From Phoronis australis (lineage: Eukaryota; Animalia; Phoronida), in NCBI GenBank assembly GCA_002633005.1, contig NMRA01000782.1, positions 1-43,033 on the forward strand: a DNA stretch of 43,033 bases. Direction: 5' to 3'. The position numbers and the translations under genes are program-made. Below, piece by piece: positions 1 to 13,115 of the stretch. The number at the start of each line of letters is the position of its first letter. Within the stretch, counting starts at the first letter, position 1. The notes below the pieces were generated by a model that was given only the letters and a program-made list of their open reading frames with translations, had not been told where the DNA came from and did no database searches.

Positions 1-2142
1 CAAATTGAACTGAAACGAATGCCTGATGAGAGAAAATACATATTCTGAGGTTCAGTGGAGACTTACTCTGTTACAATAATACATACATGTAATCCACTAA
101 ACTACGTACACCTACGGTCAGATAAGGATATATGCTGAAATTCTGCTATTATTCATTGTCATTGCATAGTAGACTGGCACACTTGTCACTACTAACAGAA
201 GTTAGGAGCATAAAATGCAGCCAATGGTCCTAAACACACAAACATTAAGTAGTCTAGCAATAGTTTTATAATGACTGACATTATCGCTTTTGGCTGTGCC
301 ATTCAGCAATGATTGCCATCGACGGTATCGTACAGTCGTGCGGAGTGTTCAATTATTTAAGAGGGTGTTTGTTGCTGTGAAATTAGGATTATACCCACTC
401 TTTAGTATAATCAGCAAGATAAAACCTCACCCTTTTGTGAGTTGGCACATTCATTAAAACTGACCCATTTTGGTTAGAGCCTCAATGGAATAGTCAACTT
501 TTCTGTTAACATAATTATGCTATTAAGTTATTATTTACAGGGAATTGAATTTCAGCAAAAAGCTGGACTGTATTCTTTTTAACACAAGAAGCCTCAGTTG
601 TATATGAAACATTTAGTGGTTATGGTTTAAAATGGATCATTTTATACAGTTCAAACCTAAAAGTAAAAATGTTTGTGTTGAATTTATTTGGAAATTCGCC
701 CTTTCATGGTGACTTTTACAATGCCTGAGTCACTGGTCAGAGGGGCACATTTGGTCATATGCAATCTATGCAAGTGTCCTCACTCTCCTGTACCCTGACT
801 CGTCGACTGTTTCATTTTTTTGCTTTCCAGATTCACATAATGTCAAGTGTTGCAGTTTGCAACAATCTATTAATTTCAGTCTAATTGCAAAACCAGAACC
901 ATTCTAAAACATTCAGAAACTACTATGGTAATCTTGGAGTTAGACTTTGTAAGCAATCGAACTTTAAAAACCTGGTTCGTTGAAATGACTAGTTGCAAAA
1001 ACATCTCACATTTCAAAATTGGGAGGTCAGGGTACTTCAAAGATTTTAAGTTGGGTCACTTAACCCAAATCGACGGTTTCTTGTATGTTACATGTAGGTG
1101 GGTTGGATTGTTATCCAGGCAATAGTCACTCACTGGCAATCCGCATTTTGAGAACATGTTTTAACGCCTGCTATTCAGTGAGAAATTGGTTCTTGTTATG
1201 CAGTAGAAAACTCTGGTTCTCAAAGTGGGGGTCCCCTGTATGTGACTCATATTACCATTATGCTTTGCTCAGTGTTTTGAGCAACATGCTAGTGTTTCAT
1301 TCTTGTGGTTATGATCTACATAATTCAGCAGTAATTTTAGTCAACATTTCGGTCTTTTCGAAAAGTTTTTCAAAATTACAAATTTGACTCTTATTGAGGG
1401 GGCCTCCTCGTGGCAAGAGTTGGGCAGTGTGAAATCCTTGAGAACATTCGCACTGGCAAACACCCTCACGTTGACTCAAAATTAAAAACCGTGACATCAT
1501 TAATGTGTTCCTAGAAATATTACACTCATAAGCTACAAAACACACACAACATGCTAAGAAATTTGTCTAACATTGGGAACTTTTTTTCTGATGTATTGAT
1601 TAGAAATATAATCTAGTTTAAGGATAGACTGAAGTACTAAGTCTGGGCATTAACATAACCACAGGGCGCACAACACGACTACACCCTCTTCATTGCAGAC
1701 CCTTCCCCTGATAGAAACTCATTTCAGTTTTGTGCGTGCCTAGCTCCTCTGTCCCTGTCCCCTGTTCATGCAGTGCCTCCAGGTTGCCTGTCACAATCAT
1801 GCATTGGTCGCCAACAATTTCAAGTTTGGCAACCTCTGTTGAATAATTCTGACTACACCAGTGGTGCTAGGGGAATAGGTTATTAAAGACCCGACTTCCT
1901 CTCAAGTTGCACATTCACTGCCTTGTGAAAGCACAGTACACCATTATGAAAGTAACACCTGGGCCCGGTCAAATCTTTTTACTCGAAATGGAACTCGAAA
2001 TTAGGTTTGGGATTTTCTACTCTACGTTTGGGCGAACTCAAGATAAGTGTCTATTACACCACAATATTAGCGTCAAATGGCAGATACAACCGTGTAATAA
2101 CCCATAAAGTTATCTCACTAGTGAGATAACGATTTGGCGGGA

Positions 2143-2214
2143 AACCGAGGACGGAGTCGAACCCTGACCCTGGAATTGCTGGTCGCCGACTTTACCACTA
2201 CACCATGCAGCGAC
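2143..2214 (-). other. tRNA-derived (SINE-head-like) sequence with Pol III A and B boxes
   Basis: The reverse complement reads ...TGGTGTAGTGG (A box)...GGTTCGACTCC (B box)... at tRNA-like spacing. Acceptor and anticodon stems do not pair well, so it is not called a tRNA gene. Confidence 0.6.
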
Positions 2215-3750
2215 TGACGTCATCAAGAGTGAAAATAGAACACTTAAAGTCCTTCTTGCAAACTGCCCATGTGGTTCCAGTATCCGAAAATACTTACTAC
2301 ATAAATTCTTATTTTCGACACCCTTTCTTTATATTCTTTTCGCCTTTCTTGCCAAAAGCGATTTTTTAGCAGTATTTGACCCTTCTCTCTGAGCGTATGA
2401 TTACCGGTTGTCATCGGTTATTTCCGTACCCACATTTCGGGCTGATCAGTTCAGGAACTTGTCCTGAACGCCGCCATTTTTTCCTTGTAGTTGAATGTGC
2501 TATGGCTAGCTCGAAAAGTCTTCATTATTTTGTTTTATTAGTAATATATCGTGATTCGTTTGCATATGTAGTGTATTTATAGTTTGTAGTTAGTGGTCGT
2601 TGATTTTTTTTGGAATGTTACGCGTACTTAGTATGTTAAAATAGCATTGGTGTTTAGTTCCTTACGTAGGAGGGTCGAACCTAGGAACCAATATGGGTCG
2701 AACCAATTTTTTTCGATTTTATTTTTTTCCTCGTTTTGAAAAACTGCTTTGATATCATCGGAAAGGTAGTACATTCTACTCAGTAAAAATCGAAAAAGTA
2801 TCAAAATCGGGGCAAGCACTGTAAAGTTATTGCAAGTTTTGTGGCGAAATGTTGGTCACTTTGTTTGGATCGCGTCTGCCATATTGGAGGACAGCGGGAT
2901 GAGTTACGAGTTTAAAACTGTGTAAATTGTTTCATAAAATTGTCCGTAGTTTGATTTTATCAAAATCCCCGTTTGCTGACTGGTAACGGTACAGGCACTG
3001 TTCCAGTCGCACTGACGGCGTTTTCTCGGCCTGGGTTCCTGAATGAATTGTACTTCCGTGTTCGCGGCAAGTTCAAAATGGCGGTGTTTCTTCGGGTGCG
3101 AATCGTGAGTGGCGCGTTCATTTAAACTGTTTTCGAGTACGGATTGTGTATTAGTTATGGGGTAGGTACTTCTTGGATCCTTATAACATCTTCTAACCAT
3201 GTAATAAGGGTTAACAACGCGTGAGAGAAGGACTTTAAATGAGCACGCGCAATAATCGCATGTTCAAAAAACCGCATTGTACTGTACTTATACGCTACGA
3301 AAAATAAGACACATAATTTGTATAAAAATGATATCTTAATTCAGTGAATTTTTTTTCTCATGTCCTCCTACTTGTAAATCACCGATCTCCAGTTTGAATG
3401 CGGGTATCGTGTCGTCAGGATCTTTGACTTGAGAATTATATTCAGTTACCTGTGGTAACCTACTTTAGCAGACGATAATTTCCCGGTCGAAGCTTAGCGT
3501 GAAAAAAAAACGTGTTTTAAGCATAATAGTTGGTAAACCTTAATTTATCAACTCAATTTATTTCTATTATATTTAAGTTTTCAATTGGTTTTGAGTAAAA
3601 GCATTATTTGACAAAAATAGCCCGGCTTTTCTTAAAAGGTCACGACCTCCGACTCCGGGCCTCTGACGTAGAAAGTAGTTGCAAAGCCATGGAGAGTCAG
3701 AAAAGGCAAATCGATTCATTGCAATGTTTCTCGTTTAGTATGTGGTATAA

Positions 3751-3915
3751 ATAGATTATTACATGTTCTCAGTCGTTATCCCCCGTTATCTAGAGCCCTC
3801 GTGGATTTTGTAGAATTATCACCCTCGGGGCTGACGCCCCTCGGGCGATAATTCTCCAAAATCCACTCGGGCTCTAGATAACGGGGAATAACGACTTCGC
3901 CATGTAATAATCTAT
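3751..3915. mobile_element. Palindromic MITE (near-perfect 165-bp hairpin)
   Basis: ATAGATTATTACATG...CATGTAATAATCTAT termini; the arms pair almost to the centre (GTTATCTAGAGCCC/GGGCTCTAGATAAC, GTGGATTTTG/CAAAATCCAC). Confidence 0.85.
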
Positions 3916-5199
3916 ATTTATTCTATATTTGAGTGTATATTGATGGCAATTAATGATCCCAGCATTAGAGCTAAAAGTTCGAGTCTGAGTTCGAGGTTTT
4001 ACTAGAAATCTTAAGTTTTTACTCAAATTGTAGTTCGAATCTAGTGGTCATTAAGCACTACCTTGATCTCGCAAGAAAGTGGACTGGAAGTGACAAAAAC
4101 AATTTCGAGTTCGATTTGGATTGAAAGCTTCACTCTAGAGGTGTATTGACAAACATGATCACATAATCCCTTTTCAGGGTTTAAATCAATCCATACAAGA
4201 CTGGGCTAGAATCTGTTTAGACCAAAAAGCATTTAAATACATGGTGGAGAGTAAGAAAACATCTGTACTAAACTCTATTGAAAAATGAACCCTTTTTAAG
4301 TTCCTTATACACAAAGTGTACCATTTTTCAAGCTGCTGGTAATCCAAACTCTTTTTAGAACCATCATGTAACAATGTAAGATTGGTCTTGTACTAACAAT
4401 GTTGTTTTTGGCCAAAATAGTAGCTAGTAAATCTAATCACAATTGCTCGCATGAAGATTGGCATGTCCAGCAGTTGGATTTGGATACTAGTGTCCGGTGT
4501 CAATCTTCACGTGTGTGCTCGTGGTTAGACTCTTGATCTCATACTGTTCCTTACTGAGGTTACACGTGGCATATTGGCTTCCGTTGAACTGATAGTTTGT
4601 TATTGCTTAAGACCTGGTGCAATAACCATGGCTTTGAGCACTAGCAAAGTTTGAGTTCTTCCAAGTCCACTAAGGAACAAGTTGAGACAGGGATATATAC
4701 AGGACTTGGAATTTTCCTCTTTTAAGAGGATTTTCTATTGTTTTTATTTCCTCTTATTTGATTTCCAGCTTCTTTTTTATCATTATTTTGACTTGATTCA
4801 TGCAAAAACATTTATTTCAGTTAAATATTACAACACAAAAAATATTTTTCACTGTCTAAATGGGTGGAGATTCTTCTAGCACCAGATTATGCATAAAACC
4901 AAAGCTTAGGGCCCATTTGGGACACCTCTCATAGCTACAAATTTACCCTCGGAACATCTAGAGCATGTCAGCTATTTTCTTATTTAATAATTTTTCTTAG
5001 AAACACTTCAGGTATTTTCGTAGCCTAAAATATCCTCTCGAAGATGAACGTTATCCAAAATATGGCAAGTCACGTGATTTTCAGTCGAGAATAATAGGCT
5101 AACTGAAGTCCGCACACATGCAGGAAGCGTTCACCCGAGGTGTTCTGGATGCCCTTGGAAGTAATTGTTGTCGAAAATTGTGGTGTTCTAAGGAGTGAA

Positions 5200-5345
5200 T
5201 ACTGTGNCAGAAAGGGGGCCATGGCCCTGTCTAAAATTCTCCCAGATTCCATTTGGCAGTTTGGGGGTGTGAATGTCTGACGGTCAAAATACTCTGTTCT
5301 TGCCCCTGCCCCCTCCCCCCAACTCAAAATCCTGGATGCGCCCCT
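5200..5345. mobile_element. Short MITE, family A copy 1 (one end degraded)
   Basis: Shares CTAAAATTCTCCCAGATTCCA, GAATGTCTGACGG and AATCCTGGAT..GCCCCT with 23391-23531. Confidence 0.7.
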
Positions 5346-6310
5346 ACAAGTTACGTTTTCAATTCATATAAAGCGTTCAAATACTGAATCTGAAAAAGCC
5401 AAGTGAAAAGAGTGAAGCCATTGTAAATTCAGATTTATTTTCAAAAATGAGGAAGCAACACTCCTTCCGTAGCCGCCATTTAATCAATTCGGGAACTAAT
5501 CACGGACGTCGTTTCATAATATCCATAACTCTGTTATTGAACATATAAAACGAAACATCGAACATATAGTAAGTTAATCGCACATAAATATTGTCATTAT
5601 GGAATACAAAATGTTAACATCTAATGTATAAAGTATAAGATCAAATATAAATATCAGATATTGGATGCATGCATATAATTACATCAAACATAATTTTTGA
5701 ACATTGAATTTTGCAACACATAACACGTCATAGATAAGACGCGTTTGCTGGAGCTACGTGCATACTGTGCAAATATTTGCCCTACTTCCTGGTCACATCA
5801 ACGAAACGTGGACATTTTTACAGCTAAGATAACACGTCACAACTGAAAAGGGATAGCGTTCACCAAATGTAGAGCCGCCAGTAGGCGTACATGTTACCTG
5901 TAAAGAGCACTTCGTGTTTGAATATTCGAAGTTCAGTACATCATAGAAACGACAAAACAAGAAGAATCTATCCAGCCAACCTCTATCTTATGAACCAGAC
6001 GGGTGTCTTAGTGACAACTTTCTTAATTTTGGGTTGGACGACAGGAATCCTAAAATTCTAATCAAAGTCAACAGGTCGGATTGTGCTATCAGTAAACGGA
6101 CTGTGATACAGCCTTTGAAACAAAGAGTCACCGAGCGGGCACATGACCGAGTGCAAGTCTTCATCTAAAACGACATCATTGTATTGAAGCGCCAGCGACA
6201 CACAGGTTTTTGAAAGCACGGTAATTATTGTTGCGAAATAAAATGAAGGTTTGTGTTGTCTCACCTCGGCGTGTGGTATGGTGTGTGCGTCTGTCAGTTT
6301 CCGTTGGTGG

Positions 6311-6463
6311 ACCGGCGTGCATTCATGCAGTAACGCTTGGACTTACGCTAGGGCCAATAATCTAGCCAAGGTCACTTGTTTTATTTAAAATACAAGCAAT
6401 ATGTCTTGTAATGTGTCGAAGTATTGCTTATTAGTGAGGTCCTAACGTTATTGAACAGGAGGC
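6311..6463. mobile_element. Short MITE, family B copy 1
   Basis: Imperfect TIR CAGTAACGCTTGGACT / AGGTCCTAACGTTATTG; aligns by eye along its length with 18732-18890. Confidence 0.7.
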
Positions 6464-8067
6464 GGGTGTTATTTGTACACCTGTACGAGTGTAGTCACGT
6501 GGATGGGTTATTGATTGTTGTCTCTCTTCGTCTGGTCCTGGTAATGGCAGGACGACTGCGTTCTGTTGTGTGACACTCTGCGAGTCCAAGTCTACAATGA
6601 GCAAAGGTAAGACTGCATGAGAACCCGCGATATTATGATCCTTCAAACTCACATTTGTTGTTTTTCAAAATAAGCATCATGCATTTCCGAATGTTTAAGT
6701 AATTGCTTTTGTCGTTAGGCACCAATAAGAAATGGTTGCTGAACTTGAGTCAATGACACTGTACTTGTTTGTTTCCAAACAACGGCCGATGGAAAGGAAA
6801 GGACACACCATTGCGTATTTTACAATCCTTCACTACGAGCAGTATGCAATTGTATCTCGTTCACCCCATAAACGGGCTTCATTATTTTTTTGCAAATACA
6901 TGTTTCTGTCACTTGTCAAATTCCCATAAAGAGATAAAAACGTCATCTCTTGAAATAAATATTGGTCGCATGTGTTTCAAAATTTTAAGGTAGTAAGTTT
7001 AAGGTTACCTCTAGCAAGTCATGTCTGAAGTGATCTTAGTGCAGTAAAGTTGATATGTAACTCAAAATGATTCAACAATCTATTAACACCTTAAAATGTA
7101 ATTTAGAATATTTCTGCAATACAAACATAACCAGAACACGCTAAGCATGAAACTGGACATGGATAATGTTGCCACAGCACCTGATTACTATAAAAAAAAC
7201 TTTGGATTTGACAAGCGGGATAACAAAGAATATGAAGCTGTAAAGATGAAGTATTTGTGTACGTTTCCCACTTCACAATCCCAATGTAGCCTATTTCTGT
7301 AAATCTGTAAATATTCTTCACATTTTATTGCTTTGATATATCCTGAAGGAGCAAGTAACATGTTAAATGTACAAAATACATGTATGAATCGGCTAAAAAA
7401 TAAAATTTAGAAAAACATTTGTCCTTCAATATATGTTCATACGTTGGGAGAAAGTTTATTTTCAAACAAAAAATCAACTCTTTTTAGCACAGTCCAAGGT
7501 CAATTGAACGGGCATTTTACATTTGAATAAATAGAACTATCGCTTATAGTTTTAGCGCAAACACTGGGAAAGTGTACAAAGATGCCTTTTTGTATCAGAG
7601 TGACTACAAATATATTTTACTTAAATTTTCACAGATCACAAAGTAGCTTTTTGAACATGTGTTTTTTAGTTCAGCATTAGTTGCGGCCATATTTAAATCT
7701 TAAGCTCTCTCCTTGGGCATAACGCAGCATTGTAGCCGCTTTTATTTTATTTATTGCAATATTTAAAATGAGGGTAACCTCGTCAGTGTCAGCACTGCTT
7801 TCTAAGAGGGCCCTTAACAATAGGACCAACCAGAAGCCAATAACGCGCGTATTTTGCTTGAACAACCCACGCACATTCCATGTAATATTCGTAAGTTTCC
7901 TTAGGACGTTACCATGTACCTTAATGAAGTTAAGCTTGTGTAATGGCTTTCCCGCGCAAATGTATCGAACAATCTCCGCGCAACGAAAAAAAATCACATT
8001 ACGTATTTATACGAGGAAAGATTTTAAAAACACATGTAACACCACTTTGCCCTTTTATCAGTAGAAC

Positions 8068-8445
8068 TACTGTAAAGCTTCTAATAGCAGTCGTGGCGTA
8101 TTTTCGCACATGCTCCAGACATCCCATCTTTCAGAGGGAGGTTATTTTTCGATCTTACGACAGCCCAGCACATGATATCGTACGATGGCAAACGAAAAAT
8201 ACGCCTTTGCCAATCGTCCACTGTATAGGACGAACTTAAGCTTGATTTTACACACCACCTGCTACTTTGCTTTCTTCCTATACGACATCCAGACAATGTG
8301 GAGAGGGCGGTTTCTTTAAGGGATGGAGGGCATTTACATGTATTAGAAACATGGCATTTATTAATTTCAGCATGCCTCACCTTCCGGCTTCTATTAGAAG
8401 GAGGCGTTTGTTATAGACCCTGCCACTGTTAGAAGCTTTACGGCA
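8068..8445. mobile_element. MITE with TIRs (Tc1/mariner/pogo-type termini)
   Basis: TACTGTAAAGCTTCTAATAGCAG ... CTGTTAGAAGCTTTACGGCA inverted termini; subterminal CTTCTATTAGAAG palindrome. Confidence 0.7.
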
Positions 8446-9069
8446 CTGCTACCTCAATCCAGACTGATCAAGGTCTCTCCACGTCATCAGATAACCCAAA
8501 TTTTTAAATACAGAGCTCACCTTAATATTGATAAAGCGATCTACATGTAGATGTTGCATTCTATATTTGATTTATGAGACGAAAAGGTGCGGTTATCTTG
8601 AGGCTGTTACCGTATGACCTTCTCGACAATACAGGGTCCATGGATTATTCTCTTTGGACTTCGAATCTCAAAGTGGGTTGGACCATGTTATCAGCTCATA
8701 TGTATACCATTCAAAGTGTTTCTGTGGCAATTGATTTGAAAACACAATTTATCAGTTACTTCATGGCATAACTGGGAATTTAAATCGAAGTGTTTTGTGA
8801 GGCTTATCGGTGCTGGGTTAAACATACTCAGGTCGTCTAGACATATATTCGTAGAAAAACTGTAAATATACAAACGCTGTGACCGCTAGGGTTCGTATCG
8901 TTATAACGCTACACTATATCCTTCCCCTCCTAAAACGTAAATGGTAACTAAAGTCTCTCTAAACTAAATAAGTCCATACAAGGCACTTAACCAAGAGTTC
9001 GATAAACGCAACACGATCACACGTAATCGTTGAGGTGTGCCGGGCGACGCGTAATACGTGAAGATCGTC

Positions 9070-9520
9070 TCACACTTGAAGTACTGATCTTTCTGCTGTA
9101 CAAGAATCTGTCTGGTGATTCCTTCCATCTTCGTCGTCGCTCGATTCATGAACATCTTTGGGCACTGGTTTGAAGAAGTAAGAGTTTCTTGTGGTAGTCT
9201 TGTCGCCATGTGCTGCAGTTATCACGGAGCCGTTGGTTTTGACATCCTGACGAGGTTGCGGACCGTAGGGTTTGTCAGATTTGCGGTAAGCTGGAGGACA
9301 CTTGACGAGCACGTAATCGCCTTCCTTGAAGTTGTAGGGCTGAACATGCCTCTTTCGGTCAGCGCAAAGTTTCATTTTCAGCTTCTGTTCGGTATCACGA
9401 AGTCCCACGGTCAGCTTTGATGGCATTTTATGTAGTAAATGGGAAGTGGTTGCCACTAATGGTATTCAGTAGTTTATAGAAATTGGTGAGTGAATGGAGC
9501 CCTTCCAATTCTTGTCCCCT
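9070..9520 (-). mobile_element. Gypsy retrotransposon remnant (integrase C-terminal region)
   Basis: ORF 9070..9456 reads RDTEQKLKMKLCADRKRHVQPYNFKEGDYVLVK...KSDKPYGPQP...NGSVITA...TTRNSYFFK, typical of the Gypsy integrase C-terminus. Degraded. Confidence 0.75.
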
Positions 9521-9899
9521 TGTTTGCACCGGGGTAGTGTCGTGAATTTGCGTGTTTGAGGATAAAAAGACTAAAATCGCAATATTTGGACATTTTTTGA
9601 TGTCTCATTTTTCCGAAGAACGTAGCAAGACAAAGGACGTGGCTTTGTTGAGTTTCATGGAGTGTGCTTTTTGTCAGTTAATTTCTCTTTTTCAAGTCTT
9701 TCTGGGGCCAGGGAGCGAGAAACGGCTTTTATTGACCCACACCAGTGATAACGTCAAAATCAGCTACTCGGACTGTGATCTGAACATGTAGCCATATATG
9801 TTATTTTCAGACGAAAAAATCATGAACTCTCCTGTATCAAAAATAATTCCAAAGAGACCACCTCTGCCATTTGTAACAGCTTCCCTTCCTCGTGAATAA

Positions 9900-10260
9900 T
9901 TCCTTTTGCCAAACTATTTTGACAGGACTCGAAATGTCGATTTCCTGGACATACCGGTAATGGTTGGCAGGTGCAATTCAGTGTCAACAAACAGCTCGCC
10001 TTGCAGCTCCTGGGAAAGTAAGTAAACATGTCTGTATGCATTAAATGTATCTCTTTTTCTGTTTGTTGGGCATTCGTGAGACTGCTTTCCAGTGAATCTC
10101 TTGGTACTGAATCGCAATTTCGAGATTTCACGAGAATGATTGTCCTTGGCATTGCAAATGAATTATATGTACGTATCCATTGTAACCCGCTTTTGGAAAA
10201 TATATGTAAAGCCAATGAAAATAGTAATTCTCCCTCCAAAACTTAGTCTCCTGGCACACA
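9900..10260 (-). pseudogene. Possible P-element/THAP9-like transposase remnant
   Basis: Frameshifted peptide FSLALHIFSK(S/A)GYN..IRT..FAMP....KSRNCDSVP.FTGK resembles the P-type transposase segment FALTLHFYSPKAY.Y.R...LP....R......PGF. Catalytic core not clearly seen. Confidence 0.4.
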
Positions 10261-11733
10261 TACTCAAGGCTGGAAAGGTGGGAAAGGTTTGTTAAATTGA
10301 TACTGCATTCTGAAGTTAATTTCATCGGATCATTACAGTCAGTATACAGCAACTTCATTTAATGTTTTCGCGATGGAATTTTCATTCGAGTGTGTGCAGC
10401 AGTTCCTAACACTCGCGTTCATAATATAAACTCAGTTGATTTTATAATCTTTAAGGAGCTTTGAGTTGTGAAGTTGACAAATTCTTTACACTGGGAGACA
10501 TGTACATAAGCAAAATGGAACCAACAACCTGTTCTGAAGAAAGTTGTAATCGATACTGTGTTCCAGTTTCAAGTGCACGACAAAAGTGAAACTATTTCTC
10601 CTCCCCGGTGGTATATTCAGGTAAAAGTCAAAGCCTTGGAATTTTGACGGAATTTCCAAGAGATTTTGCCATGTCATAAACTGGCATACGATGCTTACAG
10701 TAAGCAGCAACTTTCAATGCATTGTTCTCTAAGTTCAGTGTATGTATTACAATTAAAAGAAAATTGACTCATTTTCAGTTATGTTGTGAAAAACGGGTCC
10801 ACACAAGCCGCCTGGTCAATATCCAAGTGTCTCTAGACTTCATTGAACAGGAAACTTGCCATAGTCATAATCTCTGCACAGGGAATACTTAGACTTAGAT
10901 AACTTTACAATCTTAAATTCCAAGAATTAAACGAGATACGTTGTCGTAAGCCTTCCAAGCTTTACCAACCAATTTTTAGGAATGAATTTGACAACATGAG
11001 TCTATGTACAGGCTCAAAGGTTTGACGTTCAAAATCAAGAGTTGGGAATTTGTATACACAAAATATCGTGTTTAGGCTTGTGCGATAACTGATTAGTAAT
11101 GAACGGTCTTATGCTAGCCGTACACGACGCCTCAACTGACGCGCGCCCGGTTAATGAGCTGCGGTGACTTCACGGCACACCCAACACGCACACGGTGTTC
11201 CTCAATCCGGAACATCTCGGGTATTTACGTAGACCATTTATTCAATCGGAGGACAATGTTGTCTGCATATGTTCGGGCTTTAGTTACAAGAAAAGTTACA
11301 TGATTTTCAAATTGGCCAAAAACATGTAAGGCAAATAACTGAAACATACAAAACATCTTGTCGTCAACCAACAGCATAAACGTTGTCATGTGAATTTCAG
11401 TTGTTTAATGGGCTTAACCTTATTTCATTTCCAATATTTGTGTCAGCATGCACTTAGCAACTTAGAACAAATAAAGTCGTTTTATATGACGTCTTATTTT
11501 TTGATGTTTTCTAGACGATTCCGCAAAATAAGCGGCAAAGAATGGCTTTTGACTTAGCCGCCTGTTATTAGTTTGCTTCCAAATGTTCGTCTTATTTATC
11601 TCAGTTGTCTATACCACACTGCCTCCCCATATCAATCTTTTTAACGGATGTCTTACTTTCAGACTCTGGCACTTTACACGTGATGAAACAATTGCCAGAA
11701 AATTTCAAATGTAGGATAATCAAAAATCTAACA

Positions 11734-11905
11734 ATGGCTGAACTCACCCCCTCGCTGGATGACTACAGAGCAGAAGGCCCAGTTGAAACTCAAGAACCTA
11801 AATGGCAACGCGCGGATACCACTGGTGAAGAACTGACACATGCGCCAACGAACAACAGAAAGGAGGAAGAGACGAATGAGGATGATACATGTAACACATC
11901 GCAAG
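11734..11905 (+). CDS. RHIM/TRADD-N-like/NTase-like/TPR gene, first coding exon (acidic low-complexity N-terminus)
   Basis: Acceptor TTTCAG ending 11662, ACAATGG Kozak-like start at 11734, MAELTPSLDDYRAEGP...TCNTSQ, phase-1 donor G|GTAGAG. An upstream in-frame ATG at 11684 (MKQLP) is an alternative start. Confidence 0.65.
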
Positions 11906-12215
11906 GTAGAGATTGCAAAAATGTTCCGTTTGCTGTGTCACAAACAAAACTGCTGCTCTTGCTTGCTAGCCATTCTACCCTGTGAAGAACTTAGTACAAA
12001 ACATAACTGTAGAACTGATTTAGTTTTTGAATGCTAGCCTACTAGCTCTCTTGAAGTTAATTCAATAGAAATGACCTGCATACACGTACATGTATACATA
12101 GACTAATGGGGGATGATACGACGATCAGCAGGCCTACGAGTGTTATAAAAAACTATGCGCTGAACGCAAATACACGCTTCGTTAGATTTATGTAAAACAC
12201 AAAGGTTTGCAACAA

Positions 12216-12350
12216 ATTCTGCCAACTGTAAACTACAGAGTATTCTGCCAATTATAAACTACAGAGTATTCTGCCAATTGTTAACAACAGAGTGTTTTGC
12301 CAATTGTAAACTACAGAGTATTCTGACAATTGTAAACTAGAGAGTATTCT
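12216..12350. repeat. Intronic minisatellite, 26-bp unit x about 5
   Basis: Consensus ATTCTGCCAATTGTAAACTACAGAGT repeated head to tail with few substitutions and no spacers. Confidence 0.95.
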
Positions 12351-12750
12351 CAAGCTGAAAAAATAATCAATCCAGTCTTGGATACCATCGTTGCCTGCAA
12401 GCAATGTTACCGTGGCACCCATGTGGCATTTTATAGTTCACAGTACTAAGGCCCTCGGGCTGACGTGTCCCTCCCTCCCTCTCTTTATCATATTCTCCCA
12501 CCTCCTTCCGTCCCTCACCCCAAATGTTCTCTTCCTTCCTCCTCATTCCTTGCTATCTAATTTCGACAGGGAGGTTAGTTAAATGCTAACTGTGGCACGT
12601 TATTGATAATCAAGACGTCTGGTTTTAGATGCAGTATTTTGCGGACTTACCGCGTCACATTATTACACTGATAAATATTGTCGACTTGCAATTAGATTTT
12701 CTTTGCATTTTCGAAAACCCATTATGTTTCAATCCGACCAGTTATTTCAG

Positions 12751-12924
12751 CGCAATTCCTAGAGTCTACAGACAGAGCGTGTGAACAAGGGCTTCCCGAT
12801 GAGAGCAGTGGGCCGAATCCAGAAACAAACAAAATGCATCGTCTCAGTATTTTTGAGAACGTGGTCAATCTCCAGATAGGAAACAACAATACTATTAATG
12901 AGTGTCAGAGGGAACAGGGATATA
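12751..12924 (+). CDS. Coding exon 2 with RHIM-like motif 1
   Basis: Acceptor TTTCAG| (in-frame alternative TTCCTAG| starting 12763), donor A|GTGAGT, phase 1-1. Peptide ...ESTDRACEQGLPDESSGPNPETNKMHRLSIFENVVNLQIGNNNTINECQREQGY. Confidence 0.8.
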
Positions 12925-13115
12925 GTGAGTACATGTGTGCACAATTTACAGGAGAGAAAAGATATTACCAAGCCATTTAATTAATTAACGTGTGTTAATA
13001 ATCTCACGTCCTCATAAAATACACGTATTTTTAGATTCGTAGGTATTAGCATTGGGTAAAGTTTCAGCTCTTGGTATAAACAAGGCTCGCACAGTTCTAA
13101 TTTAACCAGTTATGT

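Noticed and set aside
1-1950. Short ORFs at the window start
   Set aside because: No motifs or convincing exon structure.
2143-2214. Functional tRNA gene
   Set aside because: A and B boxes are present but the acceptor and anticodon stems do not form.
8878-9074. LTR (TGTGA...TCACA) next to the Gypsy remnant
   Set aside because: No TSD, PPT or second copy visible in the window.
12216-12350. CRISPR-like array
   Set aside because: The 26-bp units are contiguous with no unique spacers, and the context is eukaryotic; it is a minisatellite.
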